This document shows, piece after piece, positions 11,581-24,185 of a stretch of DNA of 64,000 bases; positions within the stretch are counted from its first letter, which is position 1; each line of letters begins with the position of its first letter. This DNA is from Eledone cirrhosa (Eukaryota), in the NCBI GenBank assembly GCA_964016885.1, contig OZ024740.1, positions 298,158,001 to 298,222,000 on the forward strand, read 5' to 3'. The position numbers and the translations under genes are program-made. The notes under the pieces were generated by a model that worked only from the letters and a program-made list of their open reading frames with translations, made no database searches and had not been told where the DNA came from.

Positions 11581-13673
11581 CTCGCTTGTGTTCGCACGTG
11601 GTGTACAGCATCAGTTATCCGTAACGAGGTAGTGATTCATATAATATATGTATATATATATATATGAAGTGTTATATAATTAGTATTGTATTGTAAAGGC
11701 TCTTGCAATACATATATACATTTTGTGTTTTGCTTTGAAAGGTTTTGATAATGTGTTCATATATTCTATATTTGGCCTACATTTCATACATACACTATAT
11801 ATATATTTATATATATATTCATGTATATAAAAATATATATATGTATGTATAATATATGTATGTATAAATATATATGCCTGTATGTGTGTGTATATATATA
11901 TATATATGGGGGGGGGGGGGGAAATAATCATCTGTTTAGTAACAGATGGGAGTGTATAATATATATATATAAAGAAAGAGGGGGTAGATAGATAGATAAA
12001 TAGATAGATAGATTGCTATCAAAAGGGGAGAGATTTGTATGCCTGTGGGTTTTATACAGCCTGGAAGTAGGTCATTGAGGCAGACAAGGAAGAATTAAAA
12101 TTATACAACCAAGTTCAGTACACATCCAAGCGTAAAATATATTGAGTCGGTGGGCCGTCATGAAACATGGCATGTTATGGGTACTCTTGAGTCCCAAATA
12201 AGGGGGGGGGGCAGAATAAGTGGTGGGTGGTTGGCAAATCAGTAATTTTCTAGGTTCTCCGTTGATTTTTTTAAAAACCAGAATTAGTCGTTTAGCTTAC
12301 ATATTAAGACCCATAACATATCCTATTTATTTTATAATGTATGAGATTTCTCTTTTTTTTTTGTCATGTATAATGTTTTTTAATGTATAAAGAAAATTAA
12401 TTATCCCAGGAATGGGATAAAATTTCGCTGGAGATAGATTAGCAAAATTTACTAAGATGGGGGTGGTGGAAAAAATCGGAAAAATTAATAAGCAGGATAA
12501 GGTGACAATTATTCGAATGTTTGTCTCTTCCTTTCTCTCTTTTAATTTCTTACTTTTATCTTTGGAAAAATAGGATGTGTTCCGACCTATAGAGAGATGG
12601 GCTCCGCCAGTTTTAAAATACTCTCGTATCTCGAATAATTGTTTCTACTTTAGGCACAAGGCCAGCAATTACCCAGTACATTACTGGTACTTTATTTTAT
12701 CGACCTCGTAAGGATAAAAGGTAAAGTTAATCCCGCCGAGGTTAACTTTGCCTTTCATCCTTAAAAGAGAGAAAGGAAGAGACAAACACAATACATGACT
12801 GGTACATTATCGACCTCGAAATGATGAAAAGCAAAGTTGTCCTCGGTGGCATTTGAACTCAGACAATTCACTGCCTTGCAGCCTTAATAACCCCATGCTA
12901 AAAACAATATCTTTTCCACTCAACTCAGGCAAACATTAAATAAAATAAATAAATAGATAAATGCAAACCATTTGGGCATCTGACAGTGAAGTTCTTGTCA
13001 TCGTTTGGTGGGTGCTTGGTCGTTTCAGCGCCCTAGCCTTGCCATCAGCCGTGGTAATGCTACGAGCGTATTGGCTTGCCTCAAAAATTTCAGTTGACCC
13101 ATGTGGTGTGTTGTGTGGTCGATTATTGCTCTTGGTGGTGAATTGACGGTTGTTTTTTGTTTTTGTTTCCCTTTTTTTTCCCCACTTTAATCGTATATTT
13201 TGGTGCGTTATATATGTGAGGTTCCTTGCAATAGTTACTTGTATTTATTATATGTGTTTATATTTGTCTCTATATTTGTGTCTGTATTCATTCTGAAAGA
13301 TTTATGAACAATTTGTAATTTTATTTATTCAAAAATAGCTGCGTCATCAAATAACTTTATTGGCCTCAAGCACCATACTGGATTGTACACTACATGTCTC
13401 GCTCTGATTGAAATCATCTTACTAAGTATTTGCGTGCCTTTAGACGGTCGTACAACCTACTAAAAATAAAAACTTTTCCCTCATATCACATCTTATCTCG
13501 AGCCTGTGGCAATGGAGACTTCCGGCGTTCTTGGTCCCCGAACTACATACCTACTCACTGCTATTGATCATGTTCACTTAAAAGTAATGTTTAAATAATT
13601 AAAATATATACAGTCATGTATATAATATAAAATGAAATTGGTAGGCCCATATACATATGTGTGTGTGTCTGTC

Positions 13674-13743
<70 letters not shown>

Positions 13744-13918
13744 TAGAAACCCTTCCTATTTAGCAGGAAATATTCGCTACGCACATCCTGTCCTAAAATA
13801 AGTTATATGATACATGTGACTTAATATTCAGTCACCAAATTTTAGTTAGATACAATAATGCTGTATTCGATTCTTTGAAGTCACCTGTTACAATTTCCTT
13901 CAATGACACCATCAGTTC

Positions 13919-13966
<48 letters not shown>

Positions 13967-16554
13967 TCTCTCTCTCTCCCTGTCTACTCCCTCACAACCA
14001 CTATCTCTTTCTCTCTCTCTCTCTCTATTTATGAAAGTACCCGGAAAAAACCCGTACCTCGGGAACCCGTGCTCCTATTTACGAGAAACTTGTTTTATTC
14101 CGTTTGTATTCCTATTTCAGGGGCATCTTCCTTTCAAAGTATTTTCCCATTATGCACAGTTTTGGCTGTATTAAATTACAGACAAGCACATAGTTTTAGT
14201 AGTATATAGATAGTTCTAGATATCCTTAAAATGAAGGGATGTTCACAGTTGAAGTGCCTTTGTTAGAGTTGATTTACTTGAGAATCAAGGCTGATTTGGG
14301 AGAACGTGTTTTGAAGACAGATTCATTGATATCACGGGAAAACTCCCATGAAAAAAATATATTTCTCACCAAAATTCCCGAGGAAAAATAATTATTTCCC
14401 ACTGAAATCGAGAGGAGAGTCCTTCTATATATTTACAATATAATATCTCCAGACCATAGCAGTATAGAAGAAATGAAGGGATTTATTATTAAACATATGG
14501 AAGTGAGGTCAGGGTGACGAGCGATGGAGGCTATGTATCACAGATTGCGTAGCATGTGGAAAGGTCCTTGGCAGAGCGTCATTTCATCCACCCTTGCTCA
14601 ATTTAGTTTTGGCAAAAAGCTACACAGAGCGATGCTGGTAAGTAACCGAGAAAAAGAATGCATCTGTTGTCTAAAATAAATTTTATTTCGTCAAATATTC
14701 AAATCTCGTCAAAATGTCAAAAAGTTCAAATTTTCGTGGAAATTCTCAAGGTTGACAATCAGAGAACCATGACGAGTTGATGAAACAAAATTGTGAACTT
14801 CAGAATGATTGTGTGTAGATGAATTGCACGAAAGATTGGACAGATAAACTGTGTAAATAGTGATGGCATGTATTGAGAGCCATGTAAATATGAAAGAGAA
14901 ATAGAAAAACGCTAAAGATGTGAGCGAGGAAAATAGAAAGAATTAGCAATATGTTTCTATCTCGTTGGCCAAAAATTGCCTGGGAAAGATAGCAGTTTAC
15001 TAACTGTGGTTGAGTGAGAACTAAGAGAGAGTAAGAGGACATCATACGCACTGACCTACTGCTAGGTGTGCGCGTGACTCACTGACCAGCGAACCAAACT
15101 GCTGCCATCAAAATCTGTGACAAAATAAGATCGACCGTTGTCTGCTGCGTCTTTTTACAGGCGAGGGGTGACATCAAATAGTATTTGGTCATTTGGCAAG
15201 ATTTGGAGACTAAACTTAGTTCTATATTAGTTGTTTCAGAGACAGAACATACTGGCTGTAAAATGTCACTACAAGACTGTTAGGTTAAAGCTGACCTGGA
15301 GCTATGTCAAGAAACTTCATATCTATGAAATCCAAAAGTAGTGGCGAGTGGATCCCACAAGCCAGTACCTTAACAATGGAGATTCTCTTACCAGGCACGT
15401 TGAAAAGTTTTCCTAGTGTCAAGAGCAGCAATATTGCTTTCGCATCATACGTTCTCGAAGATGAGTGATCACATGTATGTGACAGAGAAAAAGCAAGTCC
15501 CAATACATCTAACTGTACGTCGGTGAAGAAAGAGAGAAAAAGATACAGGATAACAAACTAGGTGGTCATTAAAAAACATCGCCTATTCTCGGGTCTCGAA
15601 TAAGGCCCCCCCCCCCCCCACACACACACACTTGTTAAATTTTTAGATTTTTTCCAACCCTCCCGCTTATAACATTTTACTAATCTATCCCTTGTAAAAT
15701 TTTATTTTAATTGGTAGACAATTAATTTTCTTCAGACATTAAAAAACATCATACATGACAAAAAAGTACATTACTAGAAATCCCATAAGTTATAAAATAA
15801 ATAGGATTGATTGGGTCTCAATGTGTAAACTAAACGACTAATACTGGTTTTTAAATAAAATTAACGGAGACAACCTAGAAAAATTACCCTTACAGGGTCG
15901 ATAAAATAAAGTACCCGTAATGCACTGGAGTCGATATAATCGACCCCCAAATTTGTTGGCCTTGTCCCTAAATCAGAAACCGATTGGCAGTATCGGCAGA
16001 GGGTCGGACGCCATGCTTTGACGCATAGAGTTACGGCCCTTGCCATTCTGAGTTCAAATCCCGCCGAGGTTAATTTTGCCTTTCATCCTTACGGGGTCCA
16101 TAAAATAAAGTACCAGTAATACACTGGGTAATTGCTGGCCTTGTGCCAAAAGTAGAAACAATTATTGTTCATCAACATTTTTTTTTTCAGACACAGAGCC
16201 TTGATAGCAAAGCATGATAACAAATCCTTTCCTAGAGACCACGGCACTTTGGTGAGGTTGGCTCGGTCCCCAATGTAAACTTACTGCGCAAAATTGAATT
16301 TAGAACTACACAAGCAAGGGTCAGCTGCATATTAAAGTAATCACTGATTAGGAGCCTGCAGCATATACAATAGAAGTACGCTAAGTTTATTTTTAATGTG
16401 ACATTCTCTCGGGTCTCGAATAACCCCCCACCCCCACATTACATTTTGCTAATCTATCCCCCAACGATATTTTATTTTAAGTGGTAGCATTCCTGTGATA
16501 ATTAATTCTCTTTGTATATAAAAAAACATTATACATGTACATAACAAAAAAGTA

Positions 16555-16722
16555 CCGTATTTCCCGGCGCCGAAGACGCTTCGTCCTCGAGGACGCACCC
16601 TAATTTTGACAACCAAAAATTTGAAAAAAAATAATAAACAACCTTCGGCCTCTAGGACGCTTGGTAGATTTTGAGACTTATTTTACGGAAAAAAGTAGCG
16701 TCTTCGACGCCGGGAAATACGG
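16555..16722. mobile_element. 168-bp pogo/Tigger-like MITE nested in the G-rich MITE, with TA target-site duplication
   Basis: TIRs CCGTATTTCCCGGCG(c)CGAAGACGCT / AGCGTCTTCG(a)CGCCGGGAAATACGG. TA on both sides. The empty site 'aaaaagTAcattac' is seen in the paralogous copy at 15761. Confidence 0.9.
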
Positions 16723-17520
16723 TACATTACAAGAAATTCCATACGTTATAAAATAAATAGGATGGGTTGGGGGTCTCAATATGTAAACTAAACGACTAAT
16801 TCTGGGTTTTTTTTAAATCAATGGAGACAACTTAGAAAAATTACTGATTTTGCACCACACCCCGCTTATTCACCCTTCTATTGTTTGTGACTCAAGAGTA
16901 AAGGTTAAAGGCAACATAGTACTATTGCATAAAGCATTTGGCGCAAGGCACCTGAAAATGCAGGGTCTGTAGCATATGTTACTCTTTCTACTTGACAGGG
17001 GTGTGCAGAGAGAGGGAAGAGGGGGAAACGGCATCGGGCATCCATATCGTGGAAGATAGTGGGGCATCCTCAAGTAAGACACTTTATTTCCGCTCAGCTG
17101 GCAAAAATGAGTTATACTTCTAATTCAAACGACCAGCCTTGACACATACTGTGTCACACTGAATCTCCCTGAGAACTATGTTAAGTGTACACGTGTCTGT
17201 GACATTCTCAGCAACTTGCACGTTCATTTTGATGAGCCGACTGTTCTGTTGTTCGAACGACTTGAAGACTCGTCGTCGTAACTGGCGGAGATCTAAAAAC
17301 AACAGCTAAAACAATAGAACAAAATAAAAGAATTAGAACTTAAATGAGTAGTCTAAAGACTGTCTCAAGCCTGGAGGCTCATCGGTCCAACACATAACCC
17401 AGTCCTGCAATCGGACCCAGGACATTATGATCGTAAGTCCAACACCCTTACCACTATTATGCCTCGTACCAGGGCCCCTCGAAATCATAAGCTCATCTAC
17501 ACAAATTCCATCACTTATAG

Positions 17521-17872
17521 CAAAGGTTCTCAAACTTTTTCGCTGCCACGTAATACCCTCAGCGTCACTCTACCCTATTTCCAGGGTGACCTGCCTCCAC
17601 GCAAATTATAGATAATATATAATTGTTTCTATTTTTTTTTTTTTTTTTTTTTTTATATATAGATAATATATAATAAATAATATAATATATACTATGTATA
17701 AATAAGTATTATATATTTTTTATTTTATTATATTTATATATATGTATCATTTGATATTAAATATACTATTATATCATCTCTACCGCCTCTTTAAGCACCA
17801 GCGCCCCCTAGACCTTCTCACCCCACCCCCATCCTCCGGGGGGAGGGGGTTAGCACCCACTTTGAGAACACT
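17521..17872. mobile_element. hAT-Charlie-like MITE (degenerate)
   Basis: Ends caaaggttctcaaact ... actttgagaacact resemble CAGGGGTTCTCAAA TIRs; AT-rich interior; TSD unclear. Confidence 0.45.
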
Positions 17873-18319
17873 TTCACCGTGGGACATGTCATTTCTTTCT
17901 TTGTTATTCCATTGACGATACCATCTCATTCCATCACCTTCTCTTCTACTTCACCTTTCTTCTCTACTACTATCACCTTCTCCCCTTCTCTACCATCACA
18001 TCACTTTCTTTGCCATCGTCATTTCATCATCATTACCACAACCTCCACCTCTACCATTTTTTCAGCCACTTCTATTCCTCGTTTCACCACCTTCTTCTCT
18101 TCTACTCCATGCTACTTCAATAGCACCATCACCTCCCCTTCTCTTCTATTACTACTACTACCACCCACCACCATTACTAGTACTTTCACTACTAATATTA
18201 CCACCAACATCACTATTACTACCACCACCATCACTACCACCACCACCACTACTACTTTTACTACCACCACCATCACTACTATTACTACCACCGCCACCAC
18301 TACCCCCTACCTACATCTT

Positions 18320-18690
18320 CATGATGTAGCACAATACAAAATAAGAAAGAATATTCGCTGCCTCCCTCTCTCTTGTTCTCCCCATCTCTCACTATAATAA
18401 GCAAATGGGGGTTCACGCGCTGGCCGCCACGCGGCCCCGGTAAACAGAATAGAGAAGGCATTTCCTCGGAGGTTGGTGAGGGAGACGCGTTGGAAGAACG
18501 ATTCCAGCTCGCGAGGCTCACACCTGCGGGTAGTCAACTCCGTGCCGATGGTGGTGGGAAGGGAGGTAGTCCTAGGGCTAAGGACACCAGAAGTCTCCAT
18601 TACTATGGGCTTGATCGTAAACTTGTCGGAGAACGACCGGTATTTGGAGAGTTTGCCCTCCTCGGCCCGAAGTGCAGACGCTTCGCTTTC
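18320..18690 (-). mobile_element. CRE-clade LINE 3' end
   Basis: AEEGKLSKYRSFSDKFTIKPIVMETSGVLSP...EPRELESFFQRVSLTNLRGNAFSIL; embedded in (ACC/ACT)n low-complexity DNA. Confidence 0.8.
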
Positions 18691-19126
18691 ATTATCACCA
18701 TCACTTTCTTCTTTACTACCTTTTCCTACTTCACTACCGCAATCACCATCGCCTCCACCACCTTCTCTTCCTTCACTACAACCACCGCTATCATCATCTA
18801 TCAGCATTTACCATTTGTGAGATTTAAAAATTATAAATGAATACAAAACAAAACAAAACAAAACAGGGTTTCTTTTGTTTTCGATTACTTTCGTAAGATT
18901 TCCGGCTGTCTCCGTTAATTTTCGTGATAAACCATGAGAGTAGCGTGTGGCATGCATTGTCGTCGTATTGAAAGTTGCAGACGATATGTACAATACATTT
19001 AGTTGATATCTATCTGTAAACATATTAATCAGTTACAAGGTATATATATACATACACATATATATTATATATCTACATATATATAGTTTACATACAACTC
19101 TGCTGTTAATTCTCAATTTACTTCAG

Positions 19127-19212
19127 ACGTTTACATGTAAAATGGATGATACGGAAACCAGGAAAACTTTAGACTTTGTCTGAGTCTAAAGCATTTCACC
19201 ATGTTTCTGCTG
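19127..19212 (+). other. Candidate 5' untranslated exon of the SLC26 gene
   Basis: Acceptor ttctcaatttacttcag| and donor CTG|GTAAGG. Non-repetitive, and close to the CpG-rich to CpG-poor transition. Unverified. Confidence 0.3.
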
Positions 19213-19646
19213 GTAAGGCCAATTTCCTTCCTTTGTCGTCTGACATTGACTTATTCTTGCTTCTTTTATCCCCTCTCTCTGTCTTGTTCACACGCATACT
19301 TGATCCCTCATACGTTGTATGACTTTGTTCTCTCTACAACGTTCTCTTTCACTACTGTTCTCTATATGTATATCTACATATCTATCTTTATTATAAGCCT
19401 GTAGGTTGAAGAGGAGAGCAAAAGGAAGAAAGGAGCACTTACACAACACGCTCCTGGAGTTGAGGGTTGTTCTATCGACGGGGTATTAAACAACATATTT
19501 GTGGCGCCTTCCCCCTATTGGGGATTTCGATTGTTGTAATTGTTTGTTTTTATATTTTTACACGACTGTATGTAAAATCCCCGGCATGTCTTTGTAATGT
19601 CCCCTTTTCTTGTGCGCCCTTGTGGCAAATAAAGAAATATATCTAT

Positions 19647-19708
<62 letters not shown>

Positions 19709-20390
19709 ATATATATATATATATTGTGTGTGTGTGTGTGTGTAGAGTGTCTGTGTGCGATGCTTGTCAACCTTCAATTCACATTGTCTTTAATATCATA
19801 TATATATATGTGTGTGTGTGTGTGACTTGGGTTCCCTGTGCATAGAAAGAAAATGAGATGGGCACGGCTAAAGATCATTTGATTGTAGGTCTGCTCGATC
19901 AGGAATGACCTAGGATTGAACATCTACGATGGTCTCTTCGACGTGGCTGTTTTTTTTTGTTTTTTTTCTTTTAGCTATAGCCGTTAAATCTCTCTCAAAT
20001 TACAATCCCTGTCGTCATAATTAAAGAAAAAACGGGAGGTACAACATGATAGAATGGTCTCTACAGTCAAGTCTTTGACTGTATATCCTGCTCAGCCAGT
20101 GCAGTCTAGTGACTGGCTAAACAACAATAACAACGTGGAGGTTTCTATGTGGTCGCTCGACCTGCTGGAAATATCAGCCAAATCCATATCAAAACGGGAT
20201 GTATCGTCTTTTAAAACGGATGAAATAATGTAGTCCTAGATACATTAATTATACCTTAAATAAAGACGGGTTATTCATCTATTGATTATGTCTGCTCAAT
20301 CAGCAATGACATAGGGCTACACAACAGCAGCATCTCTAATATGAAAATGCATCTACCTATCTATCAAATCATTTTTCTCTCTTTCTCTCT

Positions 20391-20413
20391 CCACACACAC
20401 ACACACACACACA

Positions 20414-20488
<75 letters not shown>

Positions 20489-21420
20489 ATATATGTGTAT
20501 ATATATGTGTGTGTGTGTGTATATATGTGTATATATATGTGTGTGTGTGTGTATATATATATATGTGTGTGTATGTATATATGTGTATATATATATATAT
20601 ATGTGTGTGTGTATATATATGTGTATATATGTGTGTGTATGTATATATGTGTATATATATATGTGTGTGTGTATATATATGTGTATATATGTGTGTGTAT
20701 ATATATATATGTGTGTATATGTATCTATATATATGTGTGTGTGTATATATATGTGTGTGTGCGTATATATATATGTATATATATATATGTGTGTGTATAT
20801 ATATGTATATATATATATATGTGTGTGTGTGTATATATATGTGTGTGTATGTATATGTGTGTGTGTATATATATATTAATATGTTGGAGGTGGTAGGCGA
20901 GAGGTCCTGCATTTGGGAGTGGTGGCTGGTGGGGAGAGTCCAGGTGTGTCCCGAGTGTGGTTGAGTGTGCCGAATATATATATATATGTGTGTGTGAATA
21001 TATATATAGATAGATTGGGTGTTACCAATTAGAGTAGTAAGATCACATTCAGCTAAAAGCCTGATACTTGGAAAAGTAAGGTATATGTATGTGTCGTGTG
21101 TATATGTATATGTATGTGTGTGTGTATATGCGTATGTGTGTGTATATGTATGTGTGTGTGTGTATGCGTATGTGTGTGTATATATATATATATGTATATG
21201 CATATGTGTGTATGTATATATATGTATGTATATGCGTATATATGTATATATGTATATATGTGTGTATATATGTATATATGTGTGAGAGTATATGTGTGTA
21301 TGTGTGTGTATATATGTATATGTGTATATATGTATATATATATATGTGTATGTATGTGTGTATATATGTGTGTATGTATATATATATATATATGTGTGTA
21401 TATGTATATATGTGTGTTTG

Positions 21421-21459
<39 letters not shown>

Positions 21460-21462
21460 TTG

Positions 21463-21493
<31 letters not shown>

Positions 21494-21496
21494 ATG

Positions 21497-21531
<35 letters not shown>

Positions 21532-21534
21532 ATG

Positions 21535-21586
<52 letters not shown>
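20391..21586. repeat. Large compound (TA)n/(TG)n microsatellite field
   Basis: Interleaved TA/TG runs; source of many spurious YI/CV ORFs. Confidence 0.95.
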
Positions 21587-21589
<3 letters not shown>

Positions 21590-22073
21590 TGTATACATTT
21601 GTCTCGTAAGCGTGTGTTGTTAAGACCTAAATCGACCTTGATTAAGCTGAGCTGTTGAAAGGTTCCAACTCCTATAACCCGCCTGTTTTCCCCCAAGCAT
21701 TGTGTTCATCGAATTGCATTATTCCTTGTCTCAGTTTTTTAAGTGTGATTCAAGGAAGCTTTAGCTACTATTTCTAACGGATCGAATGACCACATAAAGG
21801 TTCTATCGTTGACATAACGTTTGTTTGTATATCACATACACACGTATTTATTTGTACCCGTGCTCAGGAGTGTGTCTATTGGGGCAAGCATATTTGTATG
21901 GCTAAGAAGTTTCAGGCCCTGGTTTTGATTCTAATCGCTGCACTTTGGACAAACGTGTTGTTTTTTTTTACCCTAGCCTCGGATTAACCAATATCCTGTG
22001 AGTGAAATTTAATAAACGGATACTCTGCTGAAGTCCGTCGTCTCTCTCTCTCTCTCTCTCTCTCTTATGTATA

Positions 22074-22168
<95 letters not shown>

Positions 22169-22915
22169 TTATATATATATGTTTTTCATTTGATTCATAT
22201 GTGTGCGTAGGATTTAAACTATGCTAGGGTACCGCCCTTAAATGTTTAGACAATCATTATCGAACCTTGCAAAGTTAATCGCCTGAATGCATTTTTTTTT
22301 CAAATTCTACGGAAGTATACCTCGATCAAATAAAGTACCAGTCAAGTATCCCACCACCTCAAAGTTTTTTATTGGTGTTAGTTATCAGGCTGCGGACGTG
22401 CTGGGCACTGCCTTGATTTAGTCGATCATATCGACCAAAGTACTTATTTTATCGGTCCGTTTTTGTTGGCCCGCTAACTTACGAAGCGCACACACACACG
22501 CGAACGCGCAGTTTCCGTAATACAAATTTCACTCATAAGACATTGGTCACCCTGAGGCTATAGTTGATTACGTCTTTTGGGGGGGGGGGGCCCTAAACAC
22601 TGAAAGGATATACAGCACCCGAATCCCTTGATGCTCTGAGCATGTGTTTATTTTGCTCATTTGTTTATCAAGCTATGCTAGACTGAACTCAGAAGCAAAT
22701 GGTAACAAAGCAATGTATATATAAGCACCCAGTACACACTGTAAATATGGTTGGTGTTAAAAAGAGCATCCGACCATAGAAACCAAGCCCAAATCAGTTC
22801 TGTATGAGCAAGACGTGGTCATCTGACCTGCCTAATTTCACACTGGGACATCTCATTTAACCTATGCTAGTGTGGAAAAACGGGCATTAAACAGTGATAA
22901 AGATGATGATATATG

Positions 22916-23235
22916 CCATCATCATCATCATTTTACGTCCGCATTTCCCTGCTTCCAAGGGTGGGACGGGAACTGATTCTGGCTTGATTTCTACAGCTGG
23001 ATGCCCTTCCTAACACCAACCTCATTTACAGTGAGTGCTGGGTGCTTTTTTCCGTGGCGCCTACACGTCCACTTTACAGTGTGGGCTGGGTGCTTTTTTG
23101 CCGTGGCACCTCCACGACCACTTTGCAGTGGAATGATAGGGACTCCAGTCCTATCATCTCATTTCTACAGCTGAGTAAACTGGAGCAATGTGAAATAAAA
23201 GTGTCTTGCTCAAGGAAACAACACATCACCAGGTC

Positions 23236-23236
<1 letters not shown>
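22916..23236 (-). mobile_element. tRNA-derived SINE family A with RTE-type tail
   Basis: Reverse complement of the 57100-57438 copy; (CAT)n tail on the left. Confidence 0.85.
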
Positions 23237-23288
<52 letters not shown>

Positions 23289-23751
23289 GTGTATGTGTAT
23301 ATAAAACAAGGGTAAATGAAGAATTATGCCAATAACATTTCAAGCTAATTGTAATTTCACAATCAGCAAGATGAGACGAATCTTCTCATCACTGGAATAA
23401 TCTGTAAAAGTATTTGATAAGAATCAAACATCATGGAAATAAATCCAATGAGTTATATGAATGAATATGAATAATAAGGCAAAAATAGCAAAGATAAAAA
23501 AATTAACTCATTTTATTCTTCTGACATATTTTTCTGCAAAGATAAACAAAACATAAGAAAAAAATCTTGTTCCAGCGCCATTATTCATATATATAAAAGA
23601 TGTATTTATGTATCACAATCTGAACATTAACTCAATGATATATCACACTATTGTTGAAGTTATGAGGATGTCATTATACAGACATTGCTTCCTTGAGAAA
23701 AAAAAAATATTGTAGAAAGCTTGCTAAAGATCCATTATACATATATATAAA

Positions 23752-23801
<50 letters not shown>

Positions 23802-24139
23802 GTGGGGAATTGGCAGAGTAGTTAGAATGTCGAATAGAATGCTTTATGGTATTCATTCGGCTCTCTTCTCTCTGAGTCCAAATCCTGCCGAGGTCAACTT
23901 TGTCTGTCATCCTTTCAAGGTCGATAAAAAGAAAACGTACTAGTCTAGTACTGGGATCAATTCTTTCTCTGGAAGAAATCTACTATACTCAGACCTGGTG
24001 AGGGATGGGCGCTGCCAGGCTTAAAATTCCGAAGAAATGCTGTGTTAATATTGCGCCCCTACCACTCTATAAGGTGTTACAGGACCATACCATATATATA
24101 TATGTGTGTATCTATATATATATATATTTCCATATCTGG

Positions 24140-24185
24140 TTGTCTGATGGCCCTGTGATAAACAGGTGAAACTCAAAAGTAACAA
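24140..24185 (+). ncRNA. Type I hammerhead ribozyme motif (A9G variant)
   Basis: Stem I TTGT/ACAA; CTGATGG; stem II CCTG-tgataaa-CAGG; GAAA; stem III CT-caaa-AG; GTA triplet. Confidence 0.65.

Noticed and set aside
13919-13963. Poly-C tract as a functional G-quadruplex element
   Set aside because: Homopolymer length is unreliable in assemblies and there is no supporting context.
17879-18397. 172-aa Thr/Ser-rich mucin-like ORF
   Set aside because: (ACC/ACT)n low-complexity DNA running into an antisense CRE fragment; no splice support or domain.
20341-21696. Long YI/CV/HT-rich ORFs (also near 511-888, 5392-5805 and 61118-62047)
   Set aside because: Translations of TA/TG microsatellites.
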